A DNA stretch of 64,000 bases, from sequence record PQ287320.1, one strand, 5' to 3'. Within the stretch, counting starts at the first letter, position 1. Every line of letters begins with the position of its first letter. Of the stretch, positions 41,855-48,064 are shown piece after piece. Under the pieces are notes generated by a model, which was given only the letters and a program-made list of their open reading frames with translations, ran no database searches and had not been told where the DNA came from. A program made the translations under genes and the position numbers.

Positions 41855-41889
41855 AAAGAAGGCCCCGATCTGGCGATCGGGCCTTCTTC
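41855..41889. terminator. Bidirectional intrinsic terminator
   Basis: aaagaaggccccgatc-tggc-gatcgggccttctt with A and T tracts on either side, between converging RNA units. Confidence 0.75.
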
Positions 41890-42020
41890 ACATCCTGGTG
41901 GTCGGCTAATAGCCTCGACAGGCCTAAGTCCTCCAGGTCAAGCCTGGAACCACCCGGCCTTGCGGGGTCCAAAAGGACCCATCACCATGCGCCTTGCACC
42001 CGAAGGCTCGGGGCGCGAAT

Positions 42021-42109
42021 TGGAGCTTCGGGAGGGACTCGAACCCTCATAGGTGTCACCACCAGCAGAGCTTTGCAGGCCCGCGCCTAACCTCTCGGAC
42101 CACCGAAGC
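42021..42109 (-). tRNA. tRNA-Cys(GCA) with a long variable arm
   Basis: GCUUCGG/CCGAAGC acceptor, U73, encoded CCA, loop CU-GCA-AA, T arm GAGGG-UUCGAGU-CCCUC, variable arm GGUG-GUGA-CACC. Confidence 0.85.
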
Positions 42110-42292
42110 ACAAAAGGACCTCGACGCCCGAAGGCCCGAGGTCCGATCCGTAACCAGGGGAGGGCCGTAGCTGTCCCTGACCCTGAACGACAGGTGGCGG
42201 GCTTGGTCGTCATCCCGTCAGGCTCGCGGCGCCGCTCGCCTGAACCGCCGATATGCCACGAGGGCAGTGATCCGCAGGTCCCCACAAATAGC

Positions 42293-42326
42293 AAAAAGGC
42301 CACGATCGCGAGGACCGTGGCCTTTT
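42293..42326 (-). terminator. Intrinsic terminator downstream of the GOLLD-like RNA
   Basis: aaaaggccacggtc-ctcgc-gatcgtggccttttt on the - strand. Confidence 0.8.
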
Positions 42327-42329
42327 CGT

Positions 42330-43205
42330 TTTCCGATGGGCTGAGACTACACCCATCAGCAATCCCGCTTCGAGGATTATTCCCCAGGTGCGACCCCAGG
42401 TATTCCCTCGACGTCCACCAGACCCCTTGCGGTAGTCCAGTCCGAGATCATCGCCGCCGTTCTTGCGCACCCCGAAGGGATTGCGGGTCTGGCGTTTGAC
42501 CCATCATGGCGAACTACTCGACAGTTCCTTCCCCGCTGGGCTTGCGACCCACTCACCGGCGCTAACCGGCTGACGAAGCTCTTCCTATCGACACCTCGCG
42601 GGCTTGCGACCCTTGAGATGACTCCGTTACCCGAAGGCCGGAGCATTTGGCGACTTACGTCCGCCACTGGACCAGTCTTTGCGTTTTTCATCGAAGCGGG
42701 GATTGAACCCGCGACCGACAGCTAGGATGGCTGTTGCACTACCACTGTGCTATTCGCAAACCCACCAAGACGTGCTGGTCCAGTTGTTTCCAGGGCTTTT
42801 GACCCCAGAAATGCAACACGCCTCATGTCTTTCGCCTTGCGGGCTACTCGACTGTCCTTCGGGACCTCTGTCTCATCCAACCCTTCGGCCAGACTGCCCA
42901 GCACCCCTTGGACTGAAGCAAAGCTCTTCACCGCGAAGTGTCGAACCCTGCAACCCAAACGGTTATCCGTACTCCTTGGATCGAGTTGCGTGGGTAGTCC
43001 GGTGGCGCCGGACTGGTGGTTAAAGCCTCAGAGTTACCCAGGCCCCACCTTGTCTCCCTCGATCTTCAGGTCTATCCCCTTTTGCAAGAGGCGGCCAGCT
43101 TCCCAGCCCGGACCCGTCGGCTTCCTCTGTCCTCTTGCGAGGTCGGGCGGCCTATGGGAGACCGTCCCTGTCACCCCGTCGCCGGGGCTTTCGTCGGAAG
43201 CGACG
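42330..43205 (-). ncRNA. GOLLD-like giant ornate RNA (~870 nt)
   Basis: - strand motifs match the GOLLD consensus as I recall it, in the expected order: GAGUAGCCCGCAAGGCGAAAG (42829-42849), GUGUUGCAUUUCUG (42806-42819), AGCACGUCUU, CCGGUUAGCGCCGG (42556-42569), CCGCAAUCCCUUCGGGGUG (42466-42486) and GUAGUCUCAGCCCA (42337-42350). Many GNRA and UUCG hairpins; own promoter and terminator; phage tRNA-cluster context. Confidence 0.8.
42688..42759 (-). pseudogene. Degenerate tRNA-like domain (UCC, Gly-like) embedded in the GOLLD-like RNA
   Basis: Intact D arm GCAC-AGUGGUA-GUGC, anticodon stem ACAGC/GCUGU and T arm GCGGG-UUCAAUC-CCCGC, but A33, a broken acceptor stem and no CCA. Confidence 0.7.
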
Positions 43206-43211
43206 ATCAGG

Positions 43212-43240
43212 GTTGTAGCCGGGCCGGATGTCGTCGTCAA
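43212..43240 (-). promoter_or_regulatory. Promoter of the GOLLD-like RNA: TTGACG-N15-GCTACAAC
   Basis: The -10 matches the Caulobacter housekeeping consensus GCTANAWC exactly; -35 is TTGACG. Confidence 0.8.
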
Positions 43241-43363
43241 CGACTTTTTCGTCCTTGATCGAACTTTTTCGACACTATCGCGCCAAGTGGTTGATTTCCG
43301 TGAAGCTTCCATCAGGGCCTCGCCTACGCGCGAAAGGAATGTCGTCCGTCGTGACGTTTTTTC

Positions 43364-43393
43364 TTGACAGCGGGCCAAAGGCTCTGCTAGAGG
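43364..43393 (+). promoter_or_regulatory. tmRNA operon promoter TTGACA-N16-GCTAGAGG
   Basis: Caulobacter-type -35/-10 directly upstream of the tmRNA acceptor piece. Confidence 0.7.
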
Positions 43394-43399
43394 AGGGGC

Positions 43400-43770
43400 A
43401 TCGTTGTAATTCGGACAACGGAACTGGCGGCAAGACAGGGGTGCGAATCCCCTCGCCTCCACCATCGACGCCCGGCGCTGGGAGTACGCGACTCCTGGGC
43501 AGGGAGTGTTACCCTGGCGGGCTGCGGCCCGAGCCAAAGGTAGCCGGGCGTCGTTGATGGGGGCGACTAGCTTTCGATTGGCGCTCGGGTCTGGAAGACG
43601 CAACGGTGGGTGACCTCCACATCGGCTTGCCGGTGATCGGGTCAGGCAACATTAAATGTCGCCGCCAATGACAACGACGTCGTGGCTTTCGCCTCGGCTC
43701 GTGAAGCCATCGCCGCCTAATAAGCGGTAGAGGAGCCCGCCGGGAGCTTGGCAACAGAATCCCGGCACCT
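43400..43770 (+). ncRNA. ssrA: Permuted two-piece (alphaproteobacterial-type) tmRNA
   Basis: Acceptor piece ends AGGGG-UGCGAAU-CCCCU-CGCCUCC-ACCA (43464). Coding piece starts GGGGGCG at 43559, giving a G3-U70 Ala identity pair. Tag ORF (V-A-)ANDNDVVAFASAREAIAA** at 43658/43664-43723. 3' GGGAGCUUGGCAACAGAAUCCC motif; helix-2 complementarity between the pieces. Confidence 0.95.
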
Positions 43771-43776
43771 TCTTGT

Positions 43777-43849
43777 GGGCGTCGCACCGTGATTTTCACC
43801 CGGTGTCCTAGCCGGTGGGCCTAGCCCTGGCGCGGCGCGACGCTCTCCA
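43777..43849 (+). other. 73-nt tRNA-sized element ending in UCCA (pseudo-tRNA or tRNA-like RNA)
   Basis: GGGCGUCGC/GCGACGCUC 9-bp closing stem, then U-CCA; internal hairpins; no canonical T loop. Confidence 0.45.
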
Positions 43850-43991
43850 AGACCCCTTTCGCAGGTGGGGACACGAAATAGGCGATCTGTCGGGAAAACC
43901 GATCACCAACCCCCGTGTCCCCATCTTCGAAAGGCGGTCTGGCCCTCCCCTCCTTTGGTGTCCTATCCAAGGGGCCGGGCCGCCTTCAGAA

Positions 43992-44070
43992 CGCGGGGTA
44001 GAGGAGTCCGGTTGTCCTCGTCTGGCTCATAACCAGAAGATCGTGGGTTCAAATCCCATCTCCGCACCCA
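43992..44070 (+). tRNA. tRNA-Met(CAU), initiator type
   Basis: CGCGGGG 5' end with a C1xA72 mismatch, UCUGG-CUCAUAA-CCAGA anticodon arm, GUGGG-UUCAAAU-CCCAU T arm, encoded CCA. Confidence 0.92.
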
Positions 44071-44530
44071 GGACCCGAACGCCGGGGGACACATCAGAAC
44101 GATGGCGTGACAAGCCCGGAGAGAACGGGCACTCCAGTCCGGGGTATGAGGCCGGACTAGCGGACGCCGTAGTGATAGCAGGCGTGACACCCGGAGATAG
44201 CGGGACCGATTTTCCAGGCTTCATGCCCGGCGTATAAGACCGCAGGCCTCGGCCATCGGGCAGTGTCAGGGGATGAGGCTAGTCCTCGGCCAACCACCTA
44301 GCGGTGGGGCCAGGGCATGGAGCTTGGAAAGTCGGTTCGGTACGGTGGCTCGACAGGTAAGGCATCGGCCTCATAAGCCGAGGGGCTCGTCCCCAATACT
44401 GGTTCAAATCCAGTTCGTACCTCCAAGCTCCAGAAGTGCGCTACGTCCGTATAGCTCGGCCAGTTCGTGCTCCGGGGTGCTTCAAGAAGGGTATGGCCAG
44501 AAATGGTATGTAATAAGCCCTCGCTTCTGT
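44071..44530 (+). ncRNA. Unassigned structured RNA region enclosing the CAU class-II tRNA
   Basis: Two copies of the ACGCC..GGCGTGAC-stem-GAGA module; hairpins agtccgg/ccggact and tgcccgg/tcgggca; an 11-bp inverted repeat clamping the tRNA; no credible ORF. Confidence 0.5.
44339..44425 (+). tRNA. tRNA(CAU) (Met or Ile2) with a long variable arm and U73
   Basis: GGUACGG/UCGUACC acceptor, UCGGC-CUCAUAA-GCCGA anticodon arm, variable arm GGGG-CUCGU-CCCC, T arm ACUGG-UUCAAAU-CCAGU, then U-CCA. Confidence 0.85.
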
Positions 44531-44545
44531 GACACAATATGACGC

Positions 44546-44573
44546 TTGACCGCCGGCGGTGGCTTGCTAAGCT
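44546..44573 (+). promoter_or_regulatory. Putative promoter TTGACC-N14-GCTAAGCT
   Basis: Caulobacter-like hexamers about 35 nt upstream of a terminator. Confidence 0.45.
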
Positions 44574-44604
44574 CTCCTCGTCGGGATCGTCCCGCGTCCT
44601 TCCC

Positions 44605-44640
44605 AAAAGAAAGCCCCGCAGTTCGCTGCGGGGGCTTTTC
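44605..44640. terminator. Bidirectional intrinsic terminator closing the RNA island
   Basis: aaaagaaagccccgcag-TTCG-ctgcgggggcttttc. Confidence 0.85.
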
Positions 44641-45012
44641 TCATTCTCCGATCACCCGGAGCTTCTTGGCTTCCCTGGCGCGGATCATCGCCGCGTAGCG
44701 CGACACATCCTGGAGGTGGGCTTTGGCGATCAGGTCGGGCGCGCCGACCGGACGGAAGGGGACGTGCGGGGCGATCTCGGTATAGCGCCGCAGGAGCGGT
44801 TCGAACTCCAGGTCCCGGCTCTTGGCGATCCGGGCCAGGGCGCCGGCGACGATCGCCACCACGAGTACATTGGTCGGCGTGTCCTTGGTCAGGTTCCATA
44901 TGCCGGGGATCGTCTGCCCCGGATGCAACGCCTGTCGGGAGACGTCATCGGCGGCGGCGCGGAAGAGGTTCTCGTAGGGCACGTTTTGGTACATGCCGGG
45001 CACAATACCCAT
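44641..45012 (-). CDS. Hypothetical protein
   Basis: 123-aa ORF ending at the terminator; phage codon bias. Confidence 0.6.
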   Translation of the reverse strand: MGIVPGMYQNVPYENLFRAAADDVSRQALHPGQTIPGIWNLTKDTPTNVLVVAIVAGALARIAKSRDLEFEPLLRRYTEIAPHVPFRPVGAPDLIAKAHLQDVSRYAAMIRAREAKKLRVIGE

Positions 45013-45078
45013 TTCCCGTTGACTGTCTATCGGGTACGCCTGACACTAGAAAAGTCGGCAATACAACAATGGGGCGTA

Positions 45079-45471
45079 TTAGAGCCGCCCGCCATAGTAG
45101 TCTCGCCACATTCCTTCCCAGTATTCGATGTGGAACTCCGTGCAATCGGGGCAGAGCCGAAGCGGGCCGTTCGGGTCCCGGCCCTTGCCGTCCCAGTGGT
45201 AGCAGGTCAGCACCGGAGCCAAGCCCAGGCGCCAGAACGAGCCGCACCGCTCGCAGCCGCCCAGGGCGATCTTCTGCATCGTCCGGTGACCATTCCACTT
45301 CGCCAGCGGCCGGCTCCAGACTTGATCGACCACCGCGTGGCGCAGGCTCCCGTACTGGGTGAGCCCGATCTGGACGACCTTGCGCTTACCCGTCCGCCGG
45401 GACACGCCGCCCATGAACCGGTAGGCGTCGGTGTAATAGATGCGGACCTTTGGGATGCGGAACTTCTTCAC
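45079..45471 (-). CDS. Hypothetical protein, possible Zn-binding (CERC..CPDC)
   Basis: 130-aa ORF coupled to the helicase stop (GTGA overlap). Confidence 0.6.
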   Translation of the reverse strand: MKKFRIPKVRIYYTDAYRFMGGVSRRTGKRKVVQIGLTQYGSLRHAVVDQVWSRPLAKWNGHRTMQKIALGGCERCGSFWRLGLAPVLTCYHWDGKGRDPNGPLRLCPDCTEFHIEYWEGMWRDYYGGRL

Positions 45472-47392
45472 GTGTCCATGACCTTGTTGATGTTGTCCTC
45501 TTTTTCCTTGGCGGCCTGGGCGATGCGCGCGTCCAGCGAGCCGTTCGCCACCAGGAAGAAGCTCATGATCTTCTCGGCCGTCTGTCCGATCCGGCAGGCG
45601 CGGTCCTCGGCCTGCTCGATCAGGGTCGGCGTCCAGTCCCCCTCGGCGAACGCGACGTCATGCGCGCGCGTCATGGTGAAGCCTACACCGGCGGCCTGGA
45701 GGTTGCAAACGATGACCCGACAGGTCTCGTCCTCCTGGAACTTGTCGACCTGAAGCTGGCGCCTGTGGACGGGGGTCCCGCCATAGATCATCGCCGGGTT
45801 GTAGTCGGACAGCGCCTCGGCCAGGGCCTTGACGACATCGGAGTGGTAGGCGAACAGGATCAGCTTCTCGCCGGCGTCGAGGAAATCCTTGACCCACGGA
45901 ATGATCGCCGGGAGCTTGGCCATCCCCAGTTCGCGCCGGACCTGGGCGATCTCCTCGAACAGCACCGCCACGGCCGGCGGAGCAAGGCCTAGGACGGCGG
46001 CGGCGTAGTCGAGGTCGAGCGCCCGCGAGTTGGGCTTGTCGGGGTCGCCGTCCGGTCCCACGGCCTTGTGGAAGCCGTACTTGTAGGCGGTGTCGAGGAT
46101 CGACAGCCCCAGGCGGATGTCGCGCTCGTCCTCGGTCTCGTTCTCAGGCTTGAGGACGTTGCTCTCGTAGAGCTTCAGCGCCTCGGCCAGTTCATCCTCG
46201 CGGGCGACGACCTCGCGGATTTCCGGGCTGTCGAGGAGGACGATCTGGCGGAACTTGGGCGGAAGCTCGGGCAGGACCTCGCGCTTGTTGCGCCGGACCA
46301 TGAAGGTCGAGCGCAGCCTGTAGCCCAGTTCCTCCTCGTTGCTCGACCCGGTGAAGTCGTAGGAGCCCTGAGGCCCGCGCATGTTGTCGAACCAGCCGGC
46401 GCAGTAGCGGTAGCCGTACTCTTTCCAGTCCTTCCCCAGGCCGTCGGGATCGAAGGCCTTGACGATCGACCACAACTCCAGCGGCCGGTTCATCATCGGC
46501 GTACCGGAGAGGAACACGCGGCGCTTGGCGTCGACCGGATTGAACCAGACGTCGTGCGGGGTGTCGCCCGGCTTGAGCTTGGCGTTCAGGTCCTTGCGGC
46601 GCTTGCGCAGCCGGGCCTTCTGGCGCGCGTCCATCTGCTCGCCCCGAGGACGAACACGGTCCGGCCGCTGTCGGGCGTCTTGAGGGCGTGGCACTCATCG
46701 CAGATCAGCAGGTCCCACGGCTGGGCGTGGATTTCCTTGGAGAACCGCTCCAGGATGTCGTAGTTGATGATCACGACGTCGGTGCTGGGCCACCAGCGCT
46801 TGTGGACCACCGAGCGGAACCGGGGCTTGCCGTTCTTGTAGAAGCCGTCCTGGAACTGCTCGCGGTGGTGGGTGCTGGCGACCCCGACCGACAGGCCCTT
46901 GGCGCACCACAGGAGCCATTCGCGCCGCCAGTTCTCCTTCAGCGAGGCGGGCACCACCACCAGGACCCGGCGGATTTTCTTCAGGGTGTTGGAGACCCCG
47001 ATCGCCTGGATGGTCTTGCCGAGCCCCGGCGGATCGGCGATCAGGACGTCGCGACGGCCGGGCAGGGTGGCAAAGTCGATCCCCGCCCGCTGGAAGGGCT
47101 TATAGTCCCAGCCCTTGGCCTCGACCGCCTTGGAGAGCGGCGGCCAGAAGTCGCAATCGGCCTTGTAGGAGAGCGCGCGAGAGAGCTTGGCGATTTCCAG
47201 GCGGTGGTCGATCTCGGCGATCGCTCGGTCCTTCCAGACCACGCCCTTGACCGCCTGGGCGGCCGACAGCTTGTTGGTGATCAGCGCCCCGCGCGCCGGG
47301 CTCCAGGTGAAGCCGGCCTCCTGGAACCGCTTGCGGTCTTCCCAGGGCGTGACGGCCCAGAAGTAGCCGTCGTGATAGTCGATATAGGCCAT
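45468..47392 (-). CDS. SNF2/SF2 helicase (HARP/SMARCAL1-like); 1-nt break at ~46650
   Basis: LIADPPGLGKTIQAI, VVVPASLKENW, IINYD, ICDECH, LSGTPMMNRP.ELW, LILFAYH, AAGVGFTMT and QAEDRACRIGQ. Confidence 0.92.
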
Positions 47393-47419
47393 GAATCCGG
47401 ACGTGGTTAACGCCCGGAG

Positions 47420-47477
47420 TGTCGTCGATCATGACGTCGAGGTCAAGATTCATGACTTGACCTGCGGCGTTAACCAT
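47420..47477. promoter_or_regulatory. Divergent promoter region with two operator copies and TTAACCAT
   Basis: TGTCGTCGATCATGACG 47420-47436; GGTCAAGATTCATGACT 47441-47457; TTGACC 47457-47462; TTAACCAT 47470-47477; GTGGTTAA 47403-47410. Confidence 0.6.
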
Positions 47478-47528
47478 GTCAGGTTTGCCGCACGGCCGAG
47501 AGATCGGCCGGTTACAAGGAGAACTATC

Positions 47529-47828
47529 ATGACCCTGATCGTCAAGATCATGTCGGGCGAAGACTTGCCCGACACCGCGCCCGAAAAGCGCTTCACCCTC
47601 CACGCCGGCGTCAAGTCCTTCCATCCGGTGGTCCAGCCGCCGGAGGCCCCTGGCGGCCAGCCCTACTGCTATGTCCGGCTCTACATCGCCGACCCGGTCA
47701 AGACCGCCGCCGTGCCCGGCTTCGTCGAGCATGAGGTCACGGTCGAGGCGCCGGGCAACGTCTACGTGATGAACGAGGCCGGCAAGACCATCGCCACCTG
47801 GACCCCGCCCTGCGGCAGGCCGAACTAG
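47529..47828 (+). CDS. Hypothetical protein
   Basis: RBS aaggag before ATG 47529; VYVMNEAGKTI motif typical of small phage proteins. Confidence 0.7.
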   Translation: MTLIVKIMSGEDLPDTAPEKRFTLHAGVKSFHPVVQPPEAPGGQPYCYVRLYIADPVKTAAVPGFVEHEVTVEAPGNVYVMNEAGKTIATWTPPCGRPN

Positions 47829-48064
47829 GTTTCGCCAGCTTCCGAACCCGGTGCGTCATCCCAGGCCGCCGGGTTCTTCTGCCAGCCCATCCGCTCCAGG
47901 ACGGCTTGACAGTTCAGAGGCGCACTACCGTCCTTGGGCTCGTCCCCCAGGACCAGGAAGACGAACCGCCGTCCCTTGGGGGCTCGGTAACGCAAGCGCA
48001 GGTCCCCGTCCTCCGAGACGATCTCGCAAGACGTCATATTGACGACTTCACCAGCACGCATCAC
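47825..48064 (-). CDS. Hypothetical protein
   Basis: 79-aa ORF coupled to the upstream glycosylase gene. Confidence 0.5.
   Translation of the reverse strand: MMRAGEVVNMTSCEIVSEDGDLRLRYRAPKGRRFVFLVLGDEPKDGSAPLNCQAVLERMGWQKNPAAWDDAPGSEAGET

Noticed and set aside
41661-43970. Reading the conserved loop on the - strand (AUAGGACA) as a CsrA/RsmA site
   Set aside because: G-U pairs and promoters place these hairpins on + strand transcripts, the ANGGA spacing does not fit, and CsrA is not a known Caulobacter regulator.
44104-44132. Twister-ribozyme-like GUGACAAGCCCG
   Set aside because: No P4 pairing or P1/UAA element; the sequence instead forms the gcccg/cgggc hairpin, and the other two module copies lack AAGC.
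41098-44606. ORFs called inside the RNA island
   Set aside because: They overlap tRNA, tmRNA and GOLLD-like structures, lack phage codon bias and RBSs, and translate to low-information Pro/Arg/Ser-rich sequence.
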